DNA of 64,000 nt from Tubulanus polymorphus. Its lineage: Eukaryota > Animalia > Nemertea. Position 1 is the first letter of the stretch. The number at the start of each line of letters is the position of its first letter. The stretch is from contig NC_134028.1 of assembly GCF_964204645.1 (NCBI RefSeq), forward strand, positions 15,383,653-15,447,652. Reading direction: 5' to 3'. Both the position numbers and the translations under genes were made by a program. Under the pieces are notes generated by a model. It made no database searches. It had not been told where the DNA came from and saw only the letters and a program-made list of their open reading frames with translations. Below are positions 49,006 through 62,987 of the stretch, piece after piece.

Positions 49006-51367
49006 CGGTTCCTGAACTTCGCTGAAAAAGCTGAAACACTGAAAAGCTGAAACGCTGAAATAAAAACGCTGAAATTTCAGGGAATTTCCGAAAAACGCCG
49101 AAATTTCAGGGAATTCCCGAAAAACGCTGAAATCGTGCTAGGTACCGACAATACACGTTTTGAAATGTTTTCCGGGCCGTCGTCCGCTGACGAGTCCTGA
49201 ACCGTGTTTTATGCTCTACCTTCGGTTACAGAGACATGCCTTAAGGTCGTCGTCATGATCGACTTGATCGATTGCGGATTGCGTGGATTGTTAGATGTGT
49301 TTTTTGCCATAGTTTTATGTGCATATACCGGTACGATCTAACAATGAAGTTATCACTTCATTTGAATAAATTCTTAATCACAGTAATATTAATTCACAAT
49401 ATTTTTTCTTATGTTTCGTGATTTCTTGCAACTTATCATTGCCAAGTCTCATACAAGTAGTAGCTGAATGAAAGTACAGTTAGGCTGAACCTGATAACCC
49501 AAATTAAGTGCTAGCATGGAACTAATGATTATTTTGATTCTATTTTCGGTGTCATTGAAATTCGTTAATAAAGGTTCAACCGTCATAGTATACTGTACTT
49601 AGCATTGCTACAATTGGGTGCCATATTTCTACAATTTCTACAAGGAGGAAGGAATCTTTAAGTGTCTTTGTTCCCGGGTGGGGTACGGGGTAAAACCTGG
49701 TTTACTTTCGACTTGCCGGAGACTACTATCTGCAATGTATTGCATGCTTTGATGTGTCTGGCCTATAGGAGTCGACCGATATTTTTTTCCCATACACAGG
49801 CATGGCTTTAGTGTAGATGAAGGCTAGGCACTGCACATTGTGGATTGACTGGAACTCTTAACTCACAAAATTAAACGAGTCAACAAGAAAGATCCAATAA
49901 TTGGACATTTGTCTAACTATATTATTTAACAGCTTGAAATAATACATAACACATTCTGCAAGAGTATACAAAGGAAATCAGTTCTTACATTATATCAGAA
50001 TCAATAGTTCGCTTAACTCTGGCTAGAATTCTGGTTCCATTGCTTCATATTCTAATGAAATCCACTAGTATACCTTAGAATATCGCTTAGCTTAAGACTA
50101 AAAATTTGGTACCAGGAAACAGGGAAGAAAAGTGGGTGTACTGTACATCCGCAATTGACTTATTTCTCTCCGGTTGAATCAAGTTATTATTGAAATAGCA
50201 TTCGAATAGCCATTTTATTTTTAAAAATTGTGTCGTTCAGCTATCCTGCTGCAAATTTCGCAGTTGAAGTTTACTGGTGCCATCTGATTTCTCAGTATCT
50301 CAAAAAATTTGCACATTCTAAGCCTGAATCTAAAAATAGAAAAAGGTGCATTTTAGTCGGATATAAAAGAATAGTGGCTAATACACCTGGACTATATAGC
50401 CTATGGGGTGGGCCTAGTTTGAAAGCACTGAGGTCCGAGAGAACAGCACTTAGTAAATAAATACTGAAATTAAACTTACAAAACACCCAGTACTTGAGAT
50501 GATGTACTTGACAAGAAGTGTCACCAGCTAAGCAAATCAACTTTGTCTATGACTCCTCCTTTTATAGATTCAGTAGTAGTCTAAAAATAAGAATGGGTTC
50601 ATTTTTCTAACAGTTGGTATGTCATTTCTTCAAAAAAACTAATTATTATCTCGCCACAGCAAATAAATTATTCACAGTTGTTGAATGGTTAGCCCGATTT
50701 AGATTAATTGGTTGACGCTAATCAGTATGACCCATACGTAGGGGCCTACTGCATGCCATTGGCGTCAATCCATTCCATTCCATTCCACAGTGAATTAAAA
50801 AGAAATTTAGTTAGATCCCTTTTGTCCAAAAGCTGCATCATTTATATAACTAGCTGTCAAATTTAATTTACCTCCTTCAGAGAATACCATAGTGACATAG
50901 TCCGTCGCCCATCAACGTGTTGACAAAAGAAAAGTTGCTCCATGTTTTATACATGAACGTTCAAATAAGATATTTTGCGTCTTGCAGGGAATATTGAGCA
51001 TAGTGTTTAAGTTGGCTTGCACGGTTTGTGTATGGGTTTTCCTCATTATGCTGCCTGTATGCATTAAAAATCCGGATTTCAAGCGAATTAATTTGTCCAA
51101 CAAGTGGCCCTCTAGAAGTATACTCCACACATACTGTCCATGCGTGTCTCTGTAACCGAAGGTAGAGACTAAAACACGGTTCAGGACTCGGCAGCGGACA
51201 CCGGCCCGGAAAATATTTCAAAACGTGTATTGTTGGTACCTAGCACGATTTCAGCGTTTTTCGGGAATTCCCTGAAATTTCGGCGTTTTTCGGAAATTCC
51301 CTGAAATTTCAGCGTTTTTATTTCAGCGTTTCAGTGATTCAGCTTTTTCAGCGAAGTTCAGGAACCG
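49006..51367. mobile_element. Non-autonomous DNA transposon with ~230-bp TIRs
   Basis: 49006-49239 is the reverse complement of 51142-51367; many GCTGAAA subterminal repeats; no coding capacity; no TSD. Confidence 0.8.
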
Positions 51368-52171
51368 GTTTCTGAACACTTCTTCAGCGCGATTTAATAT
51401 GACCGGCATTTTGATAGCGAAAACGACCTTGGAATCTAATTGAAAACTAAGAATGTGTATCCGTAACCGAAAATTGAAAGGTAGTTAACGCGTCTGGAAC
51501 TAGGGTCGACCGTTCGTTTATTTGTGATTATATTGACGGATTAGTTTGGGTTGTTGTCGTTTCTAAGTAGTCTATTACTTCGACCAAAAATCGTCGGCTG
51601 TTGTAGTAATTAATGCAAATTACAGTGGAGGTAATTATTTAGATGGCGGGTTGATATAAATTGTGTTAACAACCTAGTCCCCTATTCTTGAATCGGTCGA
51701 GGATATTTCAGATAGAGTGAGACCACCTTCTGCATAATGAGCATTTTCCGATGACGTCACGTAAAAAATGGCGGATCCTTCAACCGTCGCTAGAGCTGTG
51801 AAATCAGCCGTCAAAGCTGTTAATACTATAGAAGAAGCCAATCTAGCTATTAAAACGCACGAAGAAGATTTTACCGAGAAGTAAACAGTTTTTAGTGCGG
51901 ACAGAGATTTCGGTAAACGAAATACTGATGAATTCGTGTATTGTCTTAGTGTATTGTAAAAACAGTTCACCCGTCTCCTCTCTGAACAGAGAGGAGTGGC
52001 CGGTTCGCGGCGCTCCGTATGATGCGTGTACTAAAGAGTTAGAGGGTCGGCTGGGTCAACTCTAGAACTCCGCAGAATTGAGAAACAATGCATCAAATTT
52101 TCCCCCCTTAGGCTTAATTCGGTGTTTATCATCCTGGGCCCAGTTTTATGGGCTGGTATTAACTTTTAATC

Positions 52172-52360
52172 TGAATGGGGTTAAAGTCTATTTATTTTCG
52201 ATTGACCTCGATCTTTTTGGGATATTTCTCTTAATCTTTTGAACACATACTTTAATTTGGTCTCAATAGAACCAGTGAAGTATGTGTTCAAACATTAAGA
52301 GAAATATCCCCAAAAAATCAAGGACAATCGAAAATAAATATAAGACATTAACTCAATTCA
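52172..52360. repeat. Hairpin/MITE-like inverted repeat
   Basis: TATTTATTTTCGATTG..GAACACATACTT and AAGTATGTGTTC..CAATCGAAAATAAATA arms. Confidence 0.65.
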
Positions 52361-54382
52361 TTTTCATTTTTTTATGGGTTAAGCGATGGATTAAAGTTAG
52401 TCTAGAGTTAGTCTAAAGTTAGTTTCTAGCTTATCAGGTATAGTGCAAATATACTTGAGAACAGTTGATTTTTCAGTGGCTTTTTTTATATCATATTTTT
52501 TTCATATTATCAATTTCAGATAGGGAAAATGCTAGGAAACGAAGAGAACTAATGTCAAGCTTAATACGAAACTCGTCAAATTCTACAAAAGAGCATCGTA
52601 TCTATATAAAATTTTCGTGCAATGAAGATCACACAACGCATACTACTGGAATTGTAAGAAAAATCTTTTTAGCGTATTGACAGATGTTTTATCACTTACC
52701 CCCCTAATTTTCTATATTCTTAAATCCAGCATGGCGGAATCTTGCAGCGCTTGGATGAGAGGCTTATCATTCGAATCGATAAAATGGTAGCAGATGGCGT
52801 ACGATCCGTTAATGAAATGAAGCGTCATTTGAAATCGTACCTAAAAGATGAGTTGTTTCGTGGGAAAACTTTACCATCAAGGAGTAACAGAAGATATTTT
52901 CCAAACAGGCGAACGATCAAAAATCATATGAAACAACGGCTTTCACTTATAGACCAGGAAAATGTGCAGTGTTTGCTAAATGAGCTGGGTAAGGAGCACT
53001 CGGTGTTTTTCAGAGCCCTTACACTGGCTGAAAGAAATGATTCGATGGATGTTATCAATGAGGATGAAAACGATGATCATGATGATAGTGATAATGACGA
53101 AGATGGTGAGGAAGATAGCTTATTCAGAGGTGTCAATAAAAATATCACTACCAGTACACGCCTTCTATTTGTTCATCAAACAGCATGGCAGAAGAGGCTG
53201 TTATATCTATATGGTAATGAAATGGTGTTTTTAGACGCTACATACAAGACCACTTGTTACGCATTACCGCTCTTCTTTTTGGCTGTCAAATCAAATGTTG
53301 GCTATTCGGTTGTTGCTTCGTTTGTGGTACAAGATGAAACTTCTTCAAGTATAGCTGAGGCTCTATCGGTAATCCGAAATTGGAATCCCCAATGGGCGCA
53401 AAGGTATGCAATGACAGACATTTATACGGAAGAAATAACAGCCATTACTTCATTATTTACAGGTAAGAGTCACATTTGGATTTTTAGAACAAAGTCAAAA
53501 AGATTAAGGTTATTCAAGTCATACAAAGGAACAACAATCAGACTGTCTAATATGAGGACCCAAATATCATTTCAGATTCTAAAGTTTTGATCTGTGATTT
53601 TTATCGCGAGCAATGCTGGGAACGATGGACCATAAAAAAAAAAGAGAACTGTGTTTCTAATAGAGACAAGGTACTTTTCCCATCATGTTAACTGTACATG
53701 CTGTAAAATGGACCACATACCGAGTAGATTCTCATTTCAATATTTAAGGTTTTATCCGGAATGAGACGATGTGCTAGGTCAAAATCTGAAGCAGACTCTC
53801 AGAAAGCTGTGGTTGAATTAAAGAATAGTAGTGATTGGAAAAACAATCCTAAAATGCAAAAGTGGTTCTCCAATACTTGGTTAAATGTAAAAGAGGTAAG
53901 CCAAGAAGCTATTATAGATGAGCGATTTGTGATTTTCGGGTTTTTGATTTGCTCAAGAAATCCTTCTTTAAAAATATGCTAATGACCTATTTTGATTCAT
54001 ATACAGGCTGCTGTTGATTAGTAAGTATCACACCACACTCCATAAAATATGTCCTATTTATACAGCCAAAGTCCGGTATACTCACAGTAACTTTGATCTC
54101 AATGTACAGGCATGCAAAAATGCTTCATAGAATATGTTGTGCTTCTTCCTGCCTTATTGGTTATAGAATGGTAGATTTATATATTGTCTATCTACGTTTA
54201 ATATTTAATTTCTGCAACTGCACTCTTAACTTTTACTGTCTTTCTTCTTATATCTTACATTCTTTTGTGCACTGGAGACAGAGTGAAATGTGATGTGATA
54301 TGAAATGTGATACCGGTATCAAATTTCATTCTGAAGGGTTGCACAATGTATATGGTTATAAACCAATGTGTATTGTGTGTAA

Positions 54383-54721
54383 GGCTAAAAAATGATACCT
54401 TGTTTCTCCACCTTCTTCTAAAATCCACCCCCCCCCCCCTTTAAGTATTCTCTTTACCGAGCGAGGATTCTGTGGATTGGTCCGTGTGTCGCTCCAATGA
54501 ATTTCTCCCCATTCATGTACACCCATTCATGTACAATAAATAATAAATATCAGCTCAAATTAAGTTTTATGTTCACCCGGCAGGTCGGATTTTATTTTTA
54601 AATTAAATTCTTACCTGCTTTTCGAAGGGACCCGGCTGCCAGGATTTAATTTTTACAAATTTTCAGCATGATTTTTTCCGACCCGGCCGCTGCGGAGAAA
54701 CAATGTATCATTTTTTTAGCC
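54383..54721. mobile_element. MITE with TAA TSD (Zator- or PIF/Harbinger-type)
   Basis: GGCTAAAAAATGATACCTTGTTTCTCC .. GGAGAAACAATGTATCATTTTTTTAGCC, with TAA on both sides. Confidence 0.7.
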
Positions 54722-56258
54722 TAAATTGTTTTTTCATTTGTGAACCAGTCAAAACAGTTGTAATGAAGTTGATCTACAATTTTTCATATTTCAATATTGT
54801 ATTTCATTAAAAAATCCTTCATGACCATGTAGAAATGTTACAAGAATTCTACTTAAATTTTCATTCCTTTTTAGAAATGGGCATGGGCCTTTCGCCAAGA
54901 AAGGTTGCTAGTAAACATCACAACTAATAACGGACTTGAACGACAGAACGGCGTTTTTAAACATCAGTACCTGCATAACCTGCGGAAGCATTCCCTGAGC
55001 AGTCTTGTAAAAATTTTGATCGAAGAATACCTACCGGATCAGTTAGAGAGGTAAATATTCATGTTGTTTTATTGGTTGAATGGAGATCTATTAAAAATAC
55101 TCGTAGACATAATCGTGTTTTAGATATATTGATGCGAATACCAAATGTTCAGCAACGGGATACAAGAGGATAAATGCAGCGTAACCGAAATTTTTACATA
55201 ATCGACCATCGGACTTTGTTGATCACTGTATGAAGAGAATACCGTCTGCAGAGCTTTACAGTGCCAGCCACTTTGAAGTAATAGACATCGAAAAAGGGAA
55301 ATTTCAGTTCAAAATTGACAATGAAAACTCGTATGAAATTTCCTTCTGCAATGAGAAAGGTTATCCAAGTTGTGGTTGTTATGACTGGCAGCACAATTAC
55401 CTGCCTTGTAAGCATCTTATATATATATATTTCGCAATCTAAAATCGTTCGACGACTTGCCAGCATTATACCGAGACTCTCCATTCATCAGCGTCGACAT
55501 GGAAGTTTGTTTTCGGTCAGTGGATCAACAACCATTTCAAGACGAGACGTTGGATATACTGGCAGATGTTCAGGATGACCATCCAACTGACGTAGAATAC
55601 GCTAATATTCCAATGAAAAAATATCCAAAAAGGTCCCAAATCGTTCGCTGTCGTGATTTACTGGCATCGATCAAGAATTTGTTGTATGACGTTACTGATA
55701 ACGAGGCACTAGATCGATGTGAACTGACGTTGAAGGGATGTAAAGAAGAGTTAGAATTGGCAACTAAGAAAGAGAATGGCATCACCATATCAGCCTTGCG
55801 ACTTGCAGCCAAAAGAATCAAGCACAAAGCAGTTAAACGTCTACAGAATATTCCGTTAGATACCAGAAAAAGACATCCTTACTCCAACAGACATGGTAGA
55901 AAGCTGCAATATACAAACGAAATTACAGAACCAAAATGTCAGTAGATGAGTTATAGGAAGATGTGGGTTTTATACCAGAGGACGAGAGGACGTCCTCTCG
56001 TCCTCTGGTATGAAACCCACATCTTCCTATTACTTAGATGAAATGGCACAGACCAAAGATATTCAAAGGTATGTAATGATTCTCACTTGAAACATTTTAA
56101 CTGGATCATGTATTTAATTCCTTTAACTTGTTTATGTATCTCTTAGGATAATACCAGTATGCAAAAAAATGTAAAGCTGTGAATGAGTCTGGCAATGAAT
56201 TCTGTATTTGGTGCACAGATAGTTCTTCAGGTAAATATATATGTATATAATATCGTAA

Positions 56259-56807
56259 TGTAGTGTTCAATTGTGTAATTTGTAACAGTTAATTTTGCTC
56301 TAGCTAGTGGCGCCCTCATGCGGTATTTCTTTGTACTAAAAGTTAAGATGGTATCCATGTGATTGCAATTTTAAGACAGTTTTAGTTTTTACGTTTGTTT
56401 CTGCCAAATTTATGTTAGATCAATCCCAAAACGTCTGTAAGTACATAGCAGAATATCTTCTAAATGTGTATTAATATTCAGTAATCAGTAACTATAGTTT
56501 AATGTGCTTTAAATCAGTCGCGAAAGTTTATTAAATTTAATTATTGAGTACGTGACTTCCGGTAAAGATGGAAGACATTTTTTTTTTTTACTTTCGATAT
56601 TAATTTCCTATTTTGCAATATTCTTATAGTGTAATATTGTTTATTTTATTAGAAACCAACAACAACATATGTAAAGAACAACGACAAGATATGTAAAGAA
56701 CAACACAAGATTAAGTTGATTCAAGAATAAAAAGTCAAAGAGTTGCGTTTAAACCAAGAAGATTGTTGCGTTAAGTTTATTTGCAAGATTCAAGATTGGC
56801 AGTTACA
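56259..56807 (+). repeat. BEL 5' LTR
   Basis: Direct repeat of 62440-62987. Confidence 0.95.
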
Positions 56808-56829
56808 AAAGTTTAGACGAAGACTAAAG

Positions 56830-59800
56830 ATGACGGAAGAACTGAAATTGAAGAAAACTACAAGTAAGACAATACAGGAAGAAGATGCTGACTCCACGAT
56901 TAAGTACGGTGACCTCACCCGTGACCTTGATGCATCAGACTCAGTAAGTCAGTGTTCAAGTACATCCTCGATACGTTTAAAGCTGTCAGAAGAAGAAGCT
57001 ACCAGACGTAGCCTAGAAACTAAGTTGCTGAAAGCCAAAGAACAGCAACAACTTCAGCGAGAAAAATTACGTCTCGAACTTAAACATAAAGAACAGCTCC
57101 TAGAGCTCGATGCTGCTGCGGCATTGCTACAAATCGAATCAGAACTGGAACAGTCGGCTGTAAGGCAGCATGTATATAACGAAGCAGATTGTGACAACGA
57201 CGGTGCGCCGAGATCATCGAAACCAATTCTTAGTTCCAGTCAAACCGAAACAAAGGTGCCGCCACTATCGGCCGAAGCACGTGAGTGGTATCCGCAGAAT
57301 GTTAACTCAAGAAGTGACATGAGTAATATGATGTCTTGCGTAGAACAAATGTTTTCGCACCAACAGCAGAGTAATCTTGAATTAACTCTTCCGAAACCAG
57401 AGATGCCCACTTTCGATGGCAATCCGATCGATTATTACCCGTTCATCTCTGCATATGAAAATCTTATTGCATCGAAAACTCAAAATGCAAGTACACGTTT
57501 ATATATGTTACAACAGTATACGAAGGGTGAAGCCAACGAAGTAGTGAAAGCATTCTTAACCAATGAACCAAATGTTGGTCTCGTCAATGCGCTCGACGCC
57601 TTAAAAAGGCATTATGGTCAGAATTACCGGATCGCAACTGCGTATATCGACAAGGTTACGAATGGCCCTCCAATACGTTCCGAAGACGGAGCAAGTCTCC
57701 AGAAGCTATCTGTGATATTAAATTCTTGTGCGAATGTCCTAAGTCAAATTGGTTACGTGAGTAAAATAGAGAATCCAGACTTTATGCGTCGTTTGATCTA
57801 CAGGCTGCCTTACGACATGCGAAAGAGATGGCGTACGAAAGCAGATTACATCACGAACCTTGAACGAGAAATAACAATATCAGACATCGCTAGTTTTATT
57901 GAACATGAAGCACGAGTTCATACTCATCCGATATTCGGGGACATTAATGACTCGAAAGATAAATCGAAACAGAATCATCCGATAAAAAAGAAAACATTTA
58001 CTACGAACGCTGAAGAAATATACTCTAAGGACTCACGAAAGAACTGTGTTTATTGTAGTGAAAATCACTGGCTTGATCAGTGTAAAATATTTTTAGACAA
58101 ATCAGTTGAAGATCGTCGTAAGTTTGCTCGTGAAAAGGCGCTATGCTATAATTGTATGAAGATGAAGCACAGAGCTAGGACATGTCGTAGTCAAGCATCG
58201 TGTCGTACATGTGGCAAACGCCATCATAGTCTGCTGCATACAGAACAGCCTCCACCCGTGAAGAATGCTTTTGTAAGAAATCCAGTTCCTGGAACAGTAA
58301 AGTTACCTATAGTACCAGTTTTGCTGAAAGCTAATGATTGTCAGCTAACAACGTACGCGCTACTCGACAGCGGCTCAACAGTTTCATTCTGTACCGAGAG
58401 CTTGATAGATCGTCTTAAAATTCCTGCTGAGTATAAACGCTATCAGCTGAGCACTTTAGGAAGGGTTGAGACTGTTGAGTGTCGGGAAATATCAATCAAT
58501 GCCTATAGTTTGGATGGGTGCAGTTCTCTTCAGCTGCGGAACATGCTATCTACACCGTCCTTACCAGTCTCGAAGAATGACATGGTATGTCAAGACGAAG
58601 TCAACAAGTGGCCCCACCTGGATGGCGTTACAGTCTCAAACATCGACTCTCGTGTGGAGCTGCTGATAGGTAACGACAATCCAGCTGCATTGGAACCAAT
58701 AGAAGTACGGAAACCGGCTAACAGCAACGGTCCATTTGCTGTACGTACACAGTTCGGCTGGACAGTATATGGTACAGCCCAGCCATATGAAGTGATCAAC
58801 AAAGGTTCAGTTAATCTAGTCAAAGGCAGCGATGATGAACTTAATCAGAGATTCCGTGAATTCTGCAATCGTGAATTCAGCGACGCATTTACTGATGCTT
58901 CAGCTATGTCAGTGGATGACAAGAAAGCTCTCTCAGCGATCGAGAGTACAGCTGTTATGAGAGAAAATCATTACGAGGTAGGGTTACCATGGAAATACCC
59001 TCCTTCAGAATTGGTCAACAATAGAGTTATGGCCGAACACAGATTGAATCTACTGAAGGGTCGTCTCCTAAAAAATGAAGAATTACAAGCTAAGTATACA
59101 AAATATATTGATCGTCTGTTGGAGCTCGGATTCGCCGAACAAGTCCCAGTTGAAGAAGTTGTATCGCCATATGTCTGGTACTTGCCTCACCACCCAGTAT
59201 GGCATCCGCGGAAACCAGACAAGCTTAGAGTGGTATTCGACTGTTCAGCTAAATATCAGGGTAGATCACTAAACGACATGCTGTATCAGGGACCAGATCT
59301 CACTAATTCCTTGATTGGTGTATTAAGTCGCTTCCGACAGGAACATGTCGCATTCATTGGAGACATAGAGAGCATGTTTCACCAGGTGAATGTTGAAGAA
59401 CGAGATCGAAACGCGTTACGCTTCCTGTGGTGGCCAGACCACGATATTGAACAGCCACCTATTGACCACCGTATGAAGGTTCACATCTTCGGAGCAGCCT
59501 CATCACCAAGTGTTTGTAACTATGCTCTACATAGGACAGCAGACGACAACAGAGCGGACTTCGCCGCAGATATAGTTGAAACGGTACATCGAAATTTTTA
59601 CGTGGACGATTGTCTCAGGTCTGTGGAATCGTCTCAAGCTGCCACAACAATGATCAATCAGTTAAGCTGTCTATTGTCAAGAGGTGGATTTCGACTGACT
59701 AAGTTTGCTTCAAATTCGAGAGAAGTTGTCGAACATATTCCACCAGAAGAACGAGCACCCCCTCTGCGCGAATTGGGTGATCATGATCTGCCTGGTGACC

Positions 59801-62225
59801 GCGTCCTCGGCGTCTGGTGGGACATGGAAACTGATACGTTACGTTTTAAAGTGAATATTAAGCCACAACCTGTTACTCGACGTGGGATGTTGTCTGTAGT
59901 CAGTGCTATTTACGATCCGCTCGGACTTGCTTCGCCATTACTGCTACCAGCGAAGGTCATATCTCAACACCTGTGTAAGTCCGGACTAGGTTGGGATGAC
60001 AAAGTACCCGCGAATTATGAACGTGAGTGGAGTAATTGGCTGCAAGACCTACCCCTGCTGGAAGAGTTCTCAGTCCCAAGATGTATTAGACCTGCTAATT
60101 TTGGTCGCGCGACTTCAACACAGCTTCATCATTTTGCAGACGCATCTGAGAAAGGATTCGGTGCAGTTTCATACGTACGTCTTATTAATGAAAATGGGCA
60201 CATACATTCTGCATTCTTAGCGTCAAGGTCGAGATTGGCCCCACTCAAGGTGATGTCAATACCACGTCTCGAGCTGTCTGCAGCAGTATTAGCAGTGAAA
60301 CTAGATCGTATGCTTCGCGAAGAACTCGACCTGGATATCGACAACTCCACATTCTGGTCCGACAGCCGAAGTACATCAGCAATACGAGTAGTCGTTTCAA
60401 GGTATTCGTCGCAAACAGGTTATCAATTATCCAAGAAGGTTCAAATCCAGAGCAATGGAGATACATACCGGGGGTTTTAAACCCAGCCGATGAAGTCTCT
60501 CGAGGACTCACTGCTCAGCAATTCCTGCAAAATGACAGATGGGTTGCTGGGCCAGAGTTTCTACGAAAACAAGAAAGCGAATGGCCTCGACAAGAATTCG
60601 GAAATCACGATGTATCAATAGAAGATACAGAAGTTAAAAAGACATTTGTTTCAAAGGACTTGGAAATCAACTCATCGTCAACCAGCGTGCTGCTAAACAT
60701 AGCAGATAGATCTTCAACGTGGCATAAGGCCAAAATTGTAGCGGCGTTGGTTATGCGTTTTATAGCAAGACTGAAACAATCTGTCTCTAAACGGAAGGGA
60801 CTAAATACTGCAGCTCAAGGTACCGCATACAAACATATAACTGTACCCGAATTGAGAGCTGCCGAAAGCGCCATTGTTGAAGCTGTACAGCGTAAAGTTT
60901 ACGGTAAAGAAATGGAAAGACTGGAGCAGAACAGAACGACAGATAGACGTAAATATCGCAAATTCGTTAAGAAGACTAGTGTACTTCGGCGTCTAAACCC
61001 CATAGTGGTAAATGGACAGCTGAGAGTTGGTGGACGTCTGTCTTACTCAACAGTGAACGAGGACCAGAAGCATCCTTTAATACTTCCACCAAATGAACAT
61101 GTAACTAAGCTTATTATCCGCCATTACCATCGTTATAGGGCTGGACATTCCGGTCGAAACCACGTTCTGTCACTTGTACGCGAGAAGTATTGGATAGTCC
61201 ACGGTATGTCAGCAGTATATCGTATTCTGAGGGACTGCATTGACTGCAAAAAGAGACAAGGTCTTCCAGGTCAACAAATGATGGCGGACTTACCACCTGA
61301 AAGGCTAGTCGCTGATAAACCGCCTTTTTCGAACGTCGGAATTGATTATTTTGGTCCGTATTTGGTAAAGATCGGCAGAAGTCAAGTAAAGCGATATGGC
61401 TGTATTTTTACCTGTATGTCATCGCGAGCAGTCCACTTGGAAATCGCTAATTCTATGGACACCTCTGCGTTCATAAATGCTCTGAGACGTTTCATAGCCA
61501 GGAGGGGCAACCCGGAGTGTATAAGAAGTGATAATGGAACCAACTTTACTGGAGCTCAACGAGAATTACGTGATTCAATAGCTGGGTGGAACCAGGAGAA
61601 AATCGAAGGATTCATGCTCCAGCGCGAAATTACGTGGGAATTTAATCCGCCAAGTGGATCGCACTTCGGTGGCGTATGGGAGCGTTGCATAAGAACAGTT
61701 CGAAAGGTGCTTAATGCGTTGTTAAGCCAACAAGTGTTAAACGACGAGAATTTGTCCACTCTTATGTGCGAAGTGGAATCTGTAATTAACTCGCGTCCAC
61801 TTACCGCGATTTCTGGAGATGTCAGTGACTTACAGGCCCTAACGCCTAATCATATCTTGCTCTTGCGCGCCGGAGGCACCATGCCGCCAGGTGTCTTTAA
61901 ACCTACTGATATGTATATAAAGAGAAAGTGGCGTCAAGTACAGTATCTTGCCAATACGTTTTGGCGACGTTGGGTTAAAGAGTATTTGCCTGTGTTACAG
62001 GAGCGCCAGCGATGGCAAAAGCCGAGCGTCAATTTTAGCGTTGGTGACATTGTTTTAGTGATGGACCACACACTCCCTAGGTGTTGTTGGCCGCTAGGCC
62101 GAGTTATTAGCGTACATCCGGGAAAGGACAATAAAGTCAGGGTTGTTACCTTGAAGACAAGGTCGCAAAATTCTCTTGTACGCCCAGTTGATAAACTTGT
62201 GCACCTCGAGTGTGTACATAAGTAA
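56830..62225 (+). pseudogene. BEL/Pao gag-pol polyprotein, single frameshift near 60367
   Basis: Three Gag knuckles, protease LLDSGS, RT YLPHH/RVVFD/YVDD, RNase H FADAS..IPRLEL..WSDS, integrase HHCC, IDYFGP, SDNG, GGVWER; frame changes between WSDS and KYISN. Confidence 0.92.
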
Positions 62226-62439
62226 CTTTGTAACAATTTGTATTAATTTGTAATTTTAAAGAGCGTAAACAGAATTTCTTAAGATAAGCCTATAGTGGTT
62301 TAATGTTAAGCTGGTTATGTGATGTTTTTTGATAATTTTGTAGTTTGTAGTACTAAGGTTTTTTGGTTTTATAAGCATAAGGCTAGTTTTTTAAATTTTT
62401 TGTTTTAAGCGCCCTACGTGCCCTTAAGGAGGTGGGTGA

Positions 62440-62987
62440 TGTAGTGTTCAATTGTGTAATTTGTAACAGTTAATTTTGCTCTAGCTAGTGGCGCCCTCAT
62501 GCGGTATTTCTTTGTACTAAAAGTTAAGATGGTATCCATGTGATTGCAATTTTAAGACAGTTTTAGTTTTTACGTTTGTTTCTGCCAAATTTATGTTAGA
62601 TCAATCCCAAAACGTCTGTAAGTACATAGCAGAATATCTTCTAAATGTGTATTAATATTCAGTAATCAGTAACTATAGTTTAATGTGTTTAAATCAGTCG
62701 CGAAAGTTTATTAAATTTAATTATTGAGTACGTGACTTCCGGTAAAGATGGAAGACATTTTTTTTTTTTACTTTCGATATTAATTTCCTATGTTGCAATA
62801 TTCTTATAGTGTAATATTGTTTATTTTATTAGAAACCAACAACAACATATGTAAAGAACAACGACAAGATATGTCAAGAACAACACAAGATTAAGTTGAT
62901 TCAAGAATAAAAAGTCAAAGAGTTGCGTTTAAACCAAGAAGATTGTTGCGTTAAGTTTATTTGCAAGATTCAAGATTGGCAGTTACA
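62440..62987 (+). repeat. BEL 3' LTR
   Basis: Direct repeat of 56259-56807. Confidence 0.95.

Larger units (their letters stand above)
56259..62987 (+). mobile_element. BEL/Pao LTR retrotransposon, full length, recent
   Basis: TG..CA LTRs differing at about 3 sites, 5-bp TSD CGTAA, purine-rich tract at 62426-62439. Confidence 0.95.

Noticed and set aside
56743-56829. Upstream start of the 1245-aa BEL ORF
   Set aside because: A non-ATG start inside the LTR; the ATG at 56830 is more plausible.
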